In this document: positions 47,270-62,200 of the stretch, piece by piece
How positions within the stretch are numbered: position 1 is the stretch's first letter
Layout: each line of letters opens with the position of its first letter
NCBI GenBank assembly: GCA_024679065.1
Contig: JAGIQG010000014.1
Span: forward strand, 11,036,001-11,100,000
Source of the DNA: Sphyrna mokarran
Taxonomy: Eukaryota
Direction: 5' to 3'
DNA: 64,000 nucleotides
Position numbers and translations under genes: made by a program
The notes under the pieces: generated by a model
What the model was told of the DNA's origin: nothing
Databases searched by the model: none
Seen by the model: only the letters and a program-made list of their open reading frames with translations

Positions 47270-50200
47270 CATGTGTGAAGGAATATTTCTTCAAAAGAAT
47301 TTCAGTGCGTGTGAGTCTGAGTGTGAAGGAACACTCCTTTAATAAAGATTTGAGTGTGTATGTGAGCCTGGATGTGAAGGAACGCACCTTTAATAGTGAT
47401 TTCAGTGTGCGTGTGAGCCCGGGTGTGAAGGAACACTCCTTTAAGAGTGATTTCAGTGTGTGAGAGCCGGGGTGCGAAGGAACACTCCTTTAATAGTGAT
47501 TTCGTAGTGATTTCAGTGTGTGTGAGCCCGGGTGTGAAGGAACACTCCTTTAAAGTGATTCTTCAGTGTGTGTGTGAGCCCGGGTGTGAAGGAACACTCC
47601 TTTAATAGTGATTTCAGTGTGGTGAGCCCGGGTGTGAAGGAACACTCCTTTAATAGTGATTTCAGTGTGTGTGAGAGCCGGGTGTGAAGGAACACTCCTT
47701 TAATACTGATTTCAGTATGGACCGGTGAGAACACCCTTAATATGCAGTTGTGAGCGGAAGGAACTCCTAATTGATCTGTGTGTGAGCCCGGGTGTGAAGT
47801 AACACTCCTTTAATAGTGGGTTCAGAGTGTGTGAGAGCCTGAGTGTGAAGGAACACTCCTTTAATAGTGATTTCAGTGTCTGTTTGAGCCCGGGTGTGAA
47901 GGAAGACTCCTTGAATAGTGATTTCAGTGTGTGTGTGAGCCCGGGTGTGAAGGAACATTCCTTTAATAGTGATTAAAGTGTGTGCGTTTGAGCCGGGTGT
48001 GAAGCAACAGTCCTTTAATAGTGATTTTGGTGTGTGTGAGCCGGGGTGTGAAGGAACACTCCTTTAATAGTGATTTCAGAGTGTGTGTGAGCCCGGGTGT
48101 GAAGGAACACTCCTTTAACAGTGATTTCAGTGTGTGTGTGTGAGCCCGGGTGTGAAGGAACACTCCTTTAATAGTGATTTCAGTGTGTGTGTGGAGCCCG
48201 GGTGTGAAGGAACACTCCTTTAATAGTGATTTCAGTGTGTGTGTGTGAGCCCGGGTGTGAAGGAACACTCCTTTAATAGTGATTTCAGTGTGTGTGTGAG
48301 CCCGGGTGTGAAGGAACACTCCTTTAATAGTGATTTCAGTGTGTGTGTGTGAGCCCGGGTGTGAAGGAACACTCCTTTAATAGTGATTTCAGTGTGTGTG
48401 AGCCCGGGTGTGAAGGAACACTCCTTTAATAGTGATTTCAGTGTGTGTGAGCCCGGGTGTGAAGGAACACTCCTTTAATAGTGATTAAAGTGTGTGTGTG
48501 AGCCCGGGTGTGAAGGAACACTCCTTTAATAGTGATTTCAGTGTGTGTGTGAGCCCGGGTGTGAAGGAACACTCCTTTAATAGTGATTTCAGAGTGTGTG
48601 AGAGCCCGGGTGTGAAGGAACACTCCTTTAATAGTGATTTCAGTGTGTTGTGAGCCCGGGTGTGAAGGAACACTCCTTTAATAGTGATTTCAGTGTGTGT
48701 GTAGCCCGGTGTGAAGGAACACTCCTTTAATAGTGATTTCAGTGTGTGTGTGAGCCGGTGTGAAGAACACTCCTTTAATATGATTCAGGTGTGTGAGAGC
48801 CCGGGTGTGAAGGAACACTCCTTTAATAGTGATTTCAGTGTGTGTGAGCCGGGTGTGAAGGAACACTCCTTAATATGATTCGTGTGTGTGAGCCCGGGTG
48901 TGAAGGAACACTCCTTTAATAGTGATTTCAGTGTGTGTGAGCCCGGGTGTGAAGGAACACTCCTTTAATAGTGATTTCAGTGTGTGTGAGCCCGGGTGTG
49001 AAGGAACACTCCTTTAATAGTGATTTCAGTGTGTGTGTGAGCCCGGGTGTGAAGGAACACTCCTTTAATAGTGATTTCAGTGTGTGTGAGCCCGGGTGTG
49101 AAGGAACACTCCTTTAATAGTGATTTCAGTGTGTGTGAGCCCGGGTGTGAAGGAACACTCCTTTAATAGTGATTTCAGTGTGTGTGTGAGCCCGGTGTGA
49201 AGGAACACTCCTTTAATAGTGATTTCAATGTGTGTGTGAGCCCGGGTGTGAAGGAACACTCCTTTAATAGTGATTTCAGTGTGTGTGTGAGAGCCCGGGT
49301 GTGAAGGAACACTCCTTTAATAGTGATTTCAGTGTGTGTGAGAGCCCGGGTGTGAAGGAACACTCCTTTAATAGTGATTTCAGTGTGTGTGTGAGCCCGG
49401 GTGTGAAGGAACACTCCTTTAATAGTGATTTCAGTGTGTGTGTGAGCCCGGGTGTGAAGGAACACTCCTTTAATAGTGATTTCAGTGTGTGTGAGCCCGG
49501 GTGTGAAGGAACACTCCTTTAATAGTGATTTCAGTGTGTGTGAGCCCGGGTGTGAAGGAACACTCCTTTAATAGTGATTTCAGTGTGTGTGTGAGCCCGG
49601 GTGTGAAGGAACACTCCTTTAATAGTGATTTCAGTGTGTTGTGAGCCCGGGTGTGAAGGAACTCCTTTAATAGTGATCAGTGTGCCGGGTGTGAAGGAAC
49701 ACCTTTAATAGTGATTTCAGGTGTGAGAGCCGGGTGTGAAGGAACACTCCTTTAATAGTGATTTCAGTGTGTGTGTGAGCCCGGGTGTGAAGGAACACTC
49801 CTTTAATAGTGATTTCAGTGTGTGTGTGAGCCCGGGTGTGAAGGAACACTCCTTTAATAGTGATTTCAGTGTGTGTGTGAGCCCGGGTGTGAAGGAACAC
49901 TCCTTTAATAGTGATTTCAGTGTGTGTGAGAGCCCAGGTGAGAAGGAACACTCCTTTAATAGTGGGTTCAGTGTGTGTGAGAGCCCGGGTGTGAAGGAAC
50001 ACTCCTTTCATAGTGATTTCAGTGTGTGTGTGAGCCTGGGTGTGAAGGAACACTCCTTTTATAGTGATTTCAGTGTGTGAGAGCCCAGGTGTGAACGAAC
50101 ACTCCTTTAATAATGATTTCAGTGTCTGTGTGAGCCCGGATGTGAAGGAACACTCCTTTAATAGTGATTTCAAAGAGTGAGACCCGGGTGTCAAGGAACT

Positions 50201-53200
50201 TTCCTTTACTCGTGATTTCAGTGTGTGTTTGAGCCCGGGTGTGAAGGAACACTCCTATAATAGTGATTTCAGTCTATGTGTGAGCCCGGGTGTGAAGTAA
50301 CACTCCTTTAATAGTGGGTTCAGAGTGTGTGAGAGCCTGAGTGTGAAGGAACACTCCTTTAATAGTGATTTCAGTGTCTGTTTGAGCCCGGGTGTGAAGG
50401 AAGACTCCTTGAATAGTGATTTCAGTGTGTGTGTGAGCCCGGGTGTGAAGCAACAGTCCTTTAATGGTGATTTTGGTGTGTGTGAACCGGGGTGTGAAGG
50501 AACACTCCTTTAATACTGATTTCAGTGTGTGTTTGAGCTCGGGTGTGAAGGAACACTCCTTTAATAGTGATTTCAGTGTGTGTGTGTGAGCCCGGGTGTG
50601 AAGGAACACTCCTTTAATAGTGATTTCAGTGTGTGTGTGAGCCCGGGTGTGAAGGAACACTCCTTTAATAGTGATTTCAGTGTGTGTGTGAGCCCGGGTG
50701 TGAAGGAACACTCCTTTAATAGTGATTTCAGTGTGTGTGTGAGCCCGGGTGTGAAGGAACACTCCTTTAATAGTGATTTCAGTGTGTGTGTGAGCCCGGG
50801 TGTGAAGGAACACTCCTTTAATAGTGATTTCAGTGTGTGTGTGAGCCCGGGTGTGAAGGAACACTCCTTTAATAGTGATTTCAGTGTGTGTGAGCCCGGG
50901 TGTGAAGGAACACTCCTTTAATAGTGATTTCATGTGTGTGTGTGAGCCCGGGTGTGAGAACACTCCTTTAATAGTGATTTCATGTGTGTGTGTGAGCCCG
51001 GGTGTGAAGGAACACTCCTTTAATAGTGATTTCAGTGTGTGTGTGTGAGCCTGGGTGTGAAGGAACACTCCTTTAATAGTGATTTCAGTTGTGTGTGTGT
51101 GAGCCTGGGTGTGAAGGAACACTCCTTTAATAGTGATTTCAGTGTGTGTGAGCCCGGGTGTGAAGGAACACTCCTTTAATAGTGATTTCAGTGTGTGTGT
51201 TGAGCCCGGGTGTGAAGGAACACTCCTTTAATAGTGATTTCAGTGTTGTGTGAGCCCGGGTGTGAAGGAACACTCCTTTAATAGTGATCAATGTGTGTGT
51301 GAGCCCGGGTGTGAGAACACTCCTTTAATAGTGATTTCAGTGTGTGAGAGCCCGGGTGTGAAGGAACCTCCTTTATAGTGATTTCAGTGTGTGTGAGAGC
51401 CCGGGTGTGAAGGAACACTCCTTTAATAGTGATTTCAGTGTGTGTGTGAGCCCGGGTGTGAAGGAACACTCCTTTAATAGTGATTAAAGTGTGTGTGTGA
51501 GCCCGGGTGTGAAGGAACACTCCTTTAATAGTGATTTCAGTGTGTGTGTGAGCCCGGGTGTGAAGGAACACTCCTTTAATAGTGATTTCAGTGTGTGTGA
51601 GAGCCCAGGTGTGAAGGAACACTCCTTTAATAGTGGGTTCAGTGTGTGTGAGAGCCCGGGTGTGAAGGAACACTCCTTTCATAGTGATTTCAGTGTGTGT
51701 GTGAGCCTGGGTGTGAAGGAACACTCCTTTAATAGTGATTTCAGTGTGTGGGAGCCCAGGTGTGAACGAACACTCCTTTAATAATGATTTCAGTGTGTGC
51801 GTGAGCCCGGATGTGAAGGAACACTCCTTTAATAGTGATTTCAGTGAGTGAGACCCGGGTGTCAAGGAACTTTCCTTTACTCGTGATTTCAGTGTGTGTT
51901 TGAGCCCGGGTGTGAAGGAACACTCCTATAATAGTGATTTCAGTCTATGTGTGAGCCCGGGTGTGAAGTAACACTCCTTTAATAGTGGGTTCAGAGTGTG
52001 TGAGAGCCTGAGTGTGAAGGAACACTCCTTTAATAGTGATTTCAGTGTCTGTTTGAGCCCGGGTGTGAAGGAAGACTCCTTGAATAGTGATTTCAGTGTG
52101 TGTGTGAGCCCGGGTGTGAAGCAACAGTCCTTTAATAGTGATTTTGGTGTGTGTGAACCGGGGTGTGAAGGAACACTCTTTAATACTGATTTCAGTGTGT
52201 GTTTGAGCTCGGGTGTGAAGGAACACTCCTTTAATAGTGATTTCAGTGTGTGTGTGTGAGCCCGGGTGTGAAGGAACACTCCTTTAATAGTGATTTCAGT
52301 GTTGTGTGAGCCCGGGTGTGAAGAAACCTCCTTTATAGTGCCCTGTGAGGAACACTCATTTAATAGTGATTTCAGTGTGTGTGTGTGAGCCCGGGTGTGA
52401 AGGAACACTCCTTTAATAGTGATTTCAGTGTGTGAGAGCCCGGGTGTGAAGGAACACTCCTTTAATAGTGATTTCAGTCTGTGTGAGAGCCCGGGTGTGA
52501 AGGAACACTCCTTTAATAGTGATTTCAGTGTGTGTTGTGTGAGCCCGGGTGTGAAGGAACACTCCTTTAATAGTGATTTCAGTGTGTGTGAGCCCGGGTG
52601 TGAAGGAACACTCCTTAATATGATTCAGTGTGTGTGAGAGCCCGGGTGTGAAGAACACTCCTTATAGTGATTTCAGTGTGTGGTGAGCCCGGGTGTGAAG
52701 GAACACTCCTTTAATAGTGATTTCAGTGTGTGTGTGAGCCCGGGTGTGAAGGAACACTCCTTTAATAGTGATTTCAGTGTGTGTGAGAGCCCGGGTGTGA
52801 AGAACACTCATTTAATATGATAAGTGTGTGTGTGATCCCGGGTGTGAAGGAACACTCCTTTAATAGTGATTTCAGTGTGTGTGAGAGCCCGGGTGTGAAG
52901 GAACACTCCTTTAATAGTGATTTCAGTGTGTGTGTGAGCCCGGGTGTGAAGGAACACTCCTTTAATAGTGATTTCAGTGTGTGTGTGAGCCCGGGTGTGA
53001 AGGAACACTCCTTTAATAGTGATTTCAGTGTGTGTGAGAGCCCGGGTGTGAAGGAACACTCCTTTAATAGTGATTTCAGTGTGTGTGTGAGCCCGGGTGT
53101 GAAGGAACACTCCTTTAATAGTGATTTCAGTGTGTGTGTGAGCCCGGGTGTGAAGGAACACTCCTTTAATAGTGATTTCAGTGTGTGTGAGAGCCCGGGT

Positions 53201-56200
53201 GTGAANNNNNNNNNNNNNNNNNNNNNNNNNNNNNNNNNNNNNNNNNNNNNNNNNNNNNNNNNNNNNNNNNNNNNNNNNNNNNNNNNNNNNNNNNNNNNNN
53301 NNNNNTGTGTGTGAGAGCCCGGGTGTGAAGGAACACTCCTTTAATAGTGATTTCAGTGTGTGTGTGAGCCCAGGTGTGAAGGAACACTCCTTTAATAGTG
53401 GTTTCAGTGTGTGTGAGAGCCCGGGTGTGAAGGAACACTCCTTTCATAGTGATTTCAGTGTGTGTGTGAGCCTGGGTGTGAAGGAACACTCCTTTAATAG
53501 TGATTTCAGTGTGTGGGAGCCCAGGTGTGAACGAACACTCCTTTAATAATGATTTCAGTGTGTGCGTGAGCCCGGATGTGAAGGAACACTCCTTTAATAG
53601 TGATTTCAGTGAGTGAGACCCGGGTGTCAAGGAACTTTCCTTTACTCGTGATTTCAGTGTGTGTTTGAGCCCGGGTGTGAAGGAACACTCCTATAATAGT
53701 GATTTCAGTCTATGTGTGAGCCCGGGTGTGAAGTAACACTCCTTTAATAGTGGGTTCAGAGTGTGTGAGAGCCTGAGTGTGAAGGAACACTCCTTTAATA
53801 GTGATTTCAGTGTCTGTTTGAGCCCGGGTGTGAAGGAAGACTCCTTGAATAGTGATTTCAGTGTGTGTGTGAGCCCGGGTGTGAAGGAACATTCCTTTAA
53901 TAGTGATTAAAGTGTGTGCGTTTGAGCCGGGTGTGAAGCAACAGTCCTTTAATAGTGATTTTGGTGTGTGTGAGCCGGGGTGTGAAGGAACACTCCTTTA
54001 ATAGTGATTTCAGAGTGTGTGTGAGCCCGGGTGTGAAGGAACGCTCCTTTAACAGTGATTTCAGTGTGTGTGTGTGAGCCCGGGTGTGAAGGAACACTCC
54101 TTTAATAGTGATTTCAGTGTGTGTGTGAGCCCGGGTGTGAAGGAACACTCCTTTAATAGTGATTTCAGTGTGTGTGTGTGAGCCCGGGTGTGAAGGAACA
54201 CTCCTTTAATAGTGATTTCAGTGTGTGTGTGAGCCCGGTGTGAAGGAACACTCCTTTAATAGTGATTTCAGTGTGTGAGAGCCCGGGTGTGAAGGAACAC
54301 TCCTTTAATAGTGATTTCAGTGTGGTGTGAGCCCGGGTGTGAAGGAACACCTTTAATAGTGATTTCAGTGTGTGTGTGTGAGCCCGGGTGTGAAGGAACA
54401 CTCCTTTAATAGTGATTTCAGTGTGTGTGTGTGAGCCCGGGTGTGAAGGAACACTCCTTTAATAGTGATTTCAGTGTGTGTGAGAGCCCGGGTGGAAGGA
54501 ACACTCCTTTAATAGTGATTTCAGTGTGTGTGGAGCCCGGGTGTGAAGGAACACTCCTTTAATAGTGATTTCAGTGTGTGTGTGAGCCCGGGTGTGAAGG
54601 AACACTCCTTTAATAGTGATTTAAGTGTGTGTGTTGAGCCGGGTGTGAAGGAACACTCCTTTAATAGTGATTTCGGTGTGTGTGAGCCCGGGTGTGAAGG
54701 AACACTCCTTTAATAGTGATTTCAGAGTGTGTGTGAGCCCGGGTGTGAAGGAACACTCCTTTAATAGTGATTTCAGTGTGTGTGTGTGAGCCCGGGTGTG
54801 AAGGAACACTCCTTTAATAGTGATTTCAGTGTGTGTGTGAGCCCGGGTGTGAAGGAACACTCCTTTAATAGTGATTTCAGTGTGTGTGTGAGCCCGGGTG
54901 TGAAGGAACACTCCTTTAATAGTGATTTCAGTGTGTGTGTGAGCCCGGGTGTGAAGGAACACTCCTTTAATAGTGATTTCAGTGTGTGTGAGAGCCCAGG
55001 TGAGAAGGAACAGTCCTTTAATAGTGGGTTCAGTGTGTGTGAGAGCCCGGGTGTGAAGGAACACTCCTTTCATAGTGATTTCAGTGTGTGTGTGAGCCTG
55101 GGTGTGAAGGAACACTCCTTTAATAGTGATTTCAGTGTGTGGGAGCCCAGGTGTGAACGAACACTCCTTTAATAATGATTTCAGTGTGTGCGTGAGCCCG
55201 GATGTGAAGGAACACTCCTTTAATAGTGATTTCAGTGAGTGAGACCCGGGTGTCAAGGAACTTTCCTTTACTCGTGATTTCAGTGTGTGTTTGAGCCCGG
55301 GTGTGAAGGAACACTCCTATAATAGTGATTTCAGTCTATGTGTGAGCCCGGGTGTGAAGTAACACTCCTTTAATAGTGGGTTCAGAGTGTGTGAGAGCCT
55401 GAGTGTGAAGGAACACTCCTTTAATAGTGATTTCAGTGTCTGTTTGAGCCCGGGTGTGAAGGAAGACTCCTTGAATAGTGATTTCAGTGTGTGTGTGAGC
55501 CCGGGTGTGAAGCAACAGTCCTTTAATGGTGATTTTGGTGTGTGTGAACCGGGGTGTGAAGGAACACTCCTTTAATACTGATTTCAGTGTGTGTTTGAGC
55601 TCGGGTGTGAAGGAACACTCCTTTAATAGTGATTTCAGTGTGTGTGTGTGAGCCCGGGTGTGAAGGAACACTCCTTTAATAGTGATTTCAGTGTGTGTGT
55701 GAGCCCGGGTGTGAAGGAACACTCCTTTAATAGTGATTTCATGTGTGTGTGGAGCGGGTGTGAAGGAACATCATTTAATAGTGATTTCAGTGTGTGTGAG
55801 CCGGTGTGAAGGAAACTCCTTTAATAGTGATTCAGTGGGTGAGCCCGGGTGTGAAGGAACACTCCTTTAATAGTGATTTCAGTGTGTGTGTGTGAGCCCG
55901 GGTGTGAAGGAACACTCCTTTAATAGTGATTTCAGTGTTTGTGAGCCCGGGTGTGAAGGAACACTCCTTTAATAGTGATTTCAGTGTGTGTGAGCCCGGG
56001 TGTGAAGGAACACTCCTTTAATAGTGATTTCAGTGTGTGTGAGCCCGGGTGTGAAGGAACACTCCTTTAATAGTGATTTCAGTGTGTGTGTGAGCCCGGG
56101 TGTGAAGGAACATTCCTTTAATAGTGATTTCAGTGTGTGTGTGGGTGTGAAGGAACACTCCTTTAATAGTGATTTCAGTGTGTGTGAGAGCCCGGGTGTG

Positions 56201-59200
56201 AAGGAACACTCCTTTAATAGTGATTTCAGTGTGTGTATGTAGCCCGGGTGTGAAGGAACACTCCTTTAATAGTGATTTCAGTGTGTGTGAGTCCGGGTGT
56301 GAAGGAACACTCCTTTAATAGTGATTTCAGTGTGTGTGTGTGAGCCCGGGTGTGAAGGAACACTCCTTTAATAGTGATTTCAGTGTGTGTGTGAGCCCGG
56401 GTGTGAAGGAACACTCCTTTAATAGTGATTTCAGTGTGTGTGTGAGCCCGGGTGTGAAGGAACACTCCTTTAATAGTGATTTCAGTGTGTGTGTGAGCCT
56501 GGGTGTGAAGGAACACTCCTTTAATAGTGATTTCAGTGTGTGTGTGTGAGCCCGGGTGTGAAGGAACACTCCTTTAATAGTGATTTCAGTGTGTGTGTGA
56601 GCCCGGGTGTGAAGGAACACTCCTTTAATAGTGATTTCAGTGTGTGTGTGAGCCGGGTGTGAAGGAACACTCCTTAATAGTGATTTAGTGTGTGTGGCCG
56701 GGTGAAGGAACACTCCTTTAATAGTGATTTCAGTGTGTGTGAGAGCCCGGGTGTGAAGGAACACTCCTTTAATAGTGATTTCAGTGTGTTGTGAGCCCGG
56801 GTGTGAAGGAACACTCCTTTAATAGTGATTTCAGTGTGTGTGTGTGAGCCCGGGTGTGAAGGAACACTCCTTTAATAGTGATTTCAGTGTGTGTGTGAGC
56901 CCGGGTGTGAAGGAACACTCCTTTAATAGTGATTTCAGTGTGTGTGTGGAGCCCGGGTGTGAAGGAACACTCCTTTAATAGTGATTTCAGTGTGTGTGTG
57001 AGCCCGGGTGTGAAGGAACACTCCTTTAATAGTGATTTCAGTGTGTGTGTGGAGCCCGGGTGTGAAGGAACACTCCTTTAATAGTGATTTCAGTGTGTGT
57101 GTGAGCCCGGGTGTGAAGGAACACTCCTTTAATAGTGATTTCAGTGTGTGTGTGTGAGCCCGGGTGTGAAGGAACACTCCTTTAATAGTGATTTCAGTGT
57201 GTGTGAGAGCCCGGGTGTGAAGGAACACTCCTTTAATAGTGATTTCAGTGTGTGTGAGAGCCCGGGTGTGAAGGAACACTCCTTTAATAGTGATTTCAGT
57301 GTGTGTGAGAGCCCGGGTGTGAAGGAACACTCCTTTAATAGTGATTTCAGGTGTGTGAGAGCCGGGGTGTGAAGGAACACTCCTTATGATTCAGTGTGTG
57401 TGGGGTATAGTGATTCAGTGTGTGTGAGCCCGGGTGTGAAGGAACACTCCTTTAATAGTGATTTCAGGTGTGTGTGAGCCCGGGTGTAAGGAACACTCTT
57501 TAATAGTGTTCAGGTGTGGGAGCCCGGGTGTGAAGGAACACTCCTTTAATAAGATTTAGTGTGTGTGAGCCCGGGTGTGAAGGAACACTCCTTTAATAGT
57601 GATTTCAGTGTGTGTGTGAGCCCGGGTGTGAAGGAACACTCCTTTAATAGTGATTTCAGTGTGTGTGTGAGCCCGGGTGTGAAGGAACACTCCTTTAATA
57701 GTGATTTCAGTGTGTGTGAGAGCCCAGGTGTGAAGGAACACTCCTTTAATAGTGATTTCAGTGTGTGTGAGAGCCCGGGTGTGAAGGAACACTCCTTTAA
57801 TAGTGATTTCAGTGTGTGTGTGAGCCTGGGTGTGAAGGAACACTCCTTTAATAGTGATTTCAGTGTGTGTGAGCCCGGGTGTGAAGGAACACTCCTTTAA
57901 TAGTGATTTCAGTGTGTGCGTGAGCCTGGGTGTGAAGGAACACTCCTTTAATAGTGATTTCAGTGGTGAGCCCGGGTGTAAGGAACTCCTTTATGTGATT
58001 TCAGTGTGTGTTTGAGCCCGGGTGTGAAGGAACACTCCTTTAATAGTGATTTCAGTGTGTGTGAGCCCGGGTGTGAAGGAACACTCCTTTAATAGTGATT
58101 TCAGAGTGTGTGTGTGAGCCTGGGTGTGAAGGAACACTCCTTTAATAGTGATTTCAGTGTGTGTGAGCCCGGGTGTGAAGGAACACTCCTTTAATAGTGA
58201 TTTCAGTGTGTGTGTGAGCCCGGGTGTGAAGGAACACTCCTTTAATAGTGATTTCATTGTGTGTGTGAGCCCGGGTGTGAAGGAACACTCCTTTAATAGT
58301 GATTTCAGTGTGTGTGTGAGCCCGGGTGTGAAGGAACACTCCTTTAATAGTGATTTCAGTGTGTGTGTGAGCCCGGGGTGAGGAACACTCTTTAATATGA
58401 TTTCAGTGTGTGTGTGAGCCCGGGTGTGAAGGAACACTCTTTAATAGTGATTTCAGTGTGTGTGAGCCCGGGTGTGAAGGAACACTCCTTTAATAGTGAT
58501 TTCAGGTGTGTGAGCCCGGGTGTGAAGGAACACTCCTTAATAGTGATTTCAGTGTGTGTGAGAGCCTGGGTGTGAAGGAACACTCCTTTAATAGTGATTT
58601 CAGTGTGTGTGTGAGAGCCCGGGTGTGAAGGAACACTCCTTTAATAGTGATTTCAGTGTGTGTGAGAGCCCGGGTGTGAAGGAACACTCCTTTAATAGTG
58701 ATTTCAGTGTGTGTGAGACCCGGGTGTGAAGGAACACTCCTTTAATAGTGATTTAAGTGTGTGTGTGAGCCCGGGTGTGAAGGAACACTCCTTTAATAGT
58801 GATTTCAGTGTGTGTGAGCCCGGGTGTGAAGGAACACTCCTTTAATAGTGATTTCAGTGTTGTGTGATGCGGGTGTGAAGGAACACTCCTTTAATAGTGA
58901 TTTCAGAGTTGTGTGTGAGCCTGGGTGTGAAGGAACACTCCTTTAATAGTGATTTCAGTGTGTGTGTGAGCCCGGGTGTGAAGGAACACTCCTTTAATAG
59001 TGATTTCAGTGTGTGTGTGAGCCCGGGTGTGAAGGAACACTCCTTTAATAGTGATTTCAGTGTGTGTGAGAGCCCGGGTGTGAAGGAACACTCCTTTAAT
59101 AGTGATTTCAGTGTGTGTGAGACCGGTGTTGCGGGTGTGAAGGAACACTCTTTAATAGTGATTCAGTGTGTGGTGAGCCCGGGTGTGAAGGAACACTCCT

Positions 59201-62200
59201 TTAATAGTGATTTCAGGTGTGTGGAGCCGGGTGTGAAGGATTATGGTATGGTGCGGGGTGAAGGAACACTCTTTATAGTGATAGTGTGTGTGGACCGGGT
59301 GTGAAGGAACACCCTTTAATAGTGATTTCAGTGTGTGTGTGAGCCCGGGTGTGAAGGAACACTCCTTTAATAGTGATTTCAGTGTGTGTGGAGAGCCCGG
59401 GTGTGAAGGAACACTCCTTTAATAGTGATTTCAGTGTGTGTGAGCCCGGGTGTGAAGGAACACTCCTTTAATAGTGATTTCAGTGTGTGTGAGAGCCCGG
59501 GTGTGAAGGAACACTCCTTTAATAGTGATTTCAGTGTGTGTGTGAGCCTGGGTGTGAAGGAACACTCCTTTAATAGTGATTTCAGTGTGTGTGTGAGCCC
59601 GGGTGTGAAGGAACACTCCTTTAATAGTGATTTCAGTGTGTGTGTGAGCCCGGGTGTGAAGGAACACTCCTTTAATAGTGATTTCAGTGTGTGTGTGAGC
59701 CCGGGTGTGAAGGAACACTCCTTTAATAGTGATTTCAGTGTGTGTGAGCCCGGGTGTGAAGGAACACTCCTTTAATAGTGATTTCAGTGTGTGTGTGTGA
59801 GCCCGGGTGTGAAGGAACACTCCTTTAATAGTGATTTCAGTGTGTGTGTGGAGCCCGGGTGTGAAGGAACACTCCTTTAATAGTGATTTCAGTGTGTGTG
59901 AGCCCGGGTGTGAAGGAACACTCCTTTAATAGTGATTTCAGTGTGTGTGTGAGCCCGGGTGTGAAGGAACACTCCTTTAATAGTGATTTCAGTGTGTGTG
60001 TGAGAGCCCGGGTGTGAAGGAACACTCCTTTAATAGTGATTTCAGTGTGTGTGTGAGAGCCCGGGTGTGAAGGAACACTCCTTTAATAGTGATTTCAGTG
60101 TGTGTGAGCCCGGGTGTGAAGGAACACTCCTTTAATAGTGATTTCAGTGTGTGTGAGCCCGGGTGTGAAGGAACACTCCTTTAATAGTGATTTCAGTGTG
60201 TGTGAGCCCGGGTGTGAAGGAACACTCCTTTAATAGTGATTTCAGTGTGTGTGTGAGAGCCCGGGTGTGAAGGAACACTCCTTTAATAGTGATTTCAGTG
60301 TGTGTGTGAGCCCGGGTGTGAAGGAACACTCCTTTAATAGTGATTTCAGTGTGTGTGTGAGAGCCCGGGTGTGAAGGAACACTCCTTTAATAGTGATTTC
60401 AGTGTGTGTGTGTGAGCCCGGGTGTGAAGGAACACTCCTTTAATAGTGATTTCAGTGTGTGTGAGCCCGGGTGTGAAGGAACACTCCTTTAATAGTGATT
60501 TCAGTGTGTGTGAGCCCGGGTGTGAAGGAACACTCCTTTAATAGTGATTTCAGTGTGTGAGAGCCCGGGTGTGAAGGAACACTCCTTTAATAGTGATTTC
60601 AGTGTGTGTGGAGCCCGGGTGTGAAGGAACACTCCTTTAATAGTGATTTCAGTGTGTGTGTGAGCCCGGGTGTGAAGGAACACTCCTTTAATAGTGATTT
60701 CAGTGTGTGTGGTGAGCCCGGGTGTGAAGGAACACTCCTTTAATAGTGATTTCAGTGTGTGTGTGAGCCCGGGTGTGAAGGAACACTCCTTTAATAGTGA
60801 TTAAAGTGTGTGTGTGAGCCCGGGTGTGAAGGAACACTCCTTTAATAGTGATTTCAGTGTGTGTGTGAGCCCGGGTGTGAAGGAACACTCCTTTAATAGT
60901 GATTTCAGTGTGTGTGAGCCCGGGTGTGAAGGAACACTCCTTTAATAGTGATTTCAGTGTGTTGTGAGCCCGGGTGTGAAGGAACACTCTAATAGTGATT
61001 TCAGTGTGGTGAGAGCCCGGGTGTGAAGGAACACTCCTTTAATATGATTTCAGTGTGTTGTGAGCCCGGTGTGAAGGAACACTCCTTTAATATGATTCAG
61101 TGTGTGTGTGAGCCGGGTGTGAAGGAACACTCCTTATAGGATGTGGTGTGTGGCCCGGTGGGTAAATATTTCAGTGTGTGTGACCCGGTGTGAAGAACAC
61201 TCCTTAATAGTGATTCAGGTGTGTGAGCCGGGGTGAAGGAACACTCTTTAATAGTGATTTCAGTGTGTGTGAGCCCGGGTGTGAAGGAACACTCCTTTAT
61301 AGTGATTTCAGTGTGTGTGGAGCCCGGGTGTGAAGGAACACTCCTTTAATAGTGATTTCAGTGTGTGTGTGCCCGGGTGTGAAGGAACACTCCTTTAATA
61401 GTGATTTCAGTGTGTGTGGTGACCCGGGTGTGAGGAACACTCCTTTAATAGTGATTTCAGTGTGTGTGAGAGCCAGGTGTGAAGGAACACTCCTTTAATA
61501 GTGATTTCAGAGTGTGTGAGGGGTGTGAAGAACACTCTTAATAGTGATTCAGAGTGTGTGAGAGCCCGGTGTGAAGGAACACTCCTTTAATAGTGATTTC
61601 AGAGTGTGTGAGAGCCGGGTGTGAAGGAACACTCCTTTAATAGTGATTCAGATGTGTGTGTGAGCCGGGTGTGAAGGAACACTCCTTTAATAGTGATTTC
61701 AGTGTGTGTGTGAGCCCGGGTGTGAAGGAACACTCCTTTAATAGTGATTTCAGAGTGTGTGAGAGCCCGGGTGTGAAGGAACACTCCTTTAATAGTGATT
61801 TCAGTGTGTGTGAGAGCCCGGGTGTGAAGGAACACTCCTTTAATAGTGATTTCAGTGTGTGTGTGAGCCCGGGTGTGAAGGAACACTCTTTTAATAGTGA
61901 TTTCAGAGTGTGTGAGAGCCCGGGTGTGAAGGAACACTCCTTTAATAGTGATTTCAGTGTGTGTGTGAGCCCGGGTGTGAAGGAACACTCCTTTAATAGT
62001 GATTTCAGTGTGTGTGTGTGAGCCCGGGTGTGAAGGAACACTCCTTTAATAGTGATTTCAGTGTGTGTGTGAGCCCGGGTGTGAAGGAACACTCCTTTAA
62101 TAGTGATTTCAGTGTGTGTGAGCGGGTGTGAAGGAACACTCTTTATAGTGATTTAGATAGTGATTTCAGGTGTGTGAGAGCCCGGGTGTGAAGGAACACT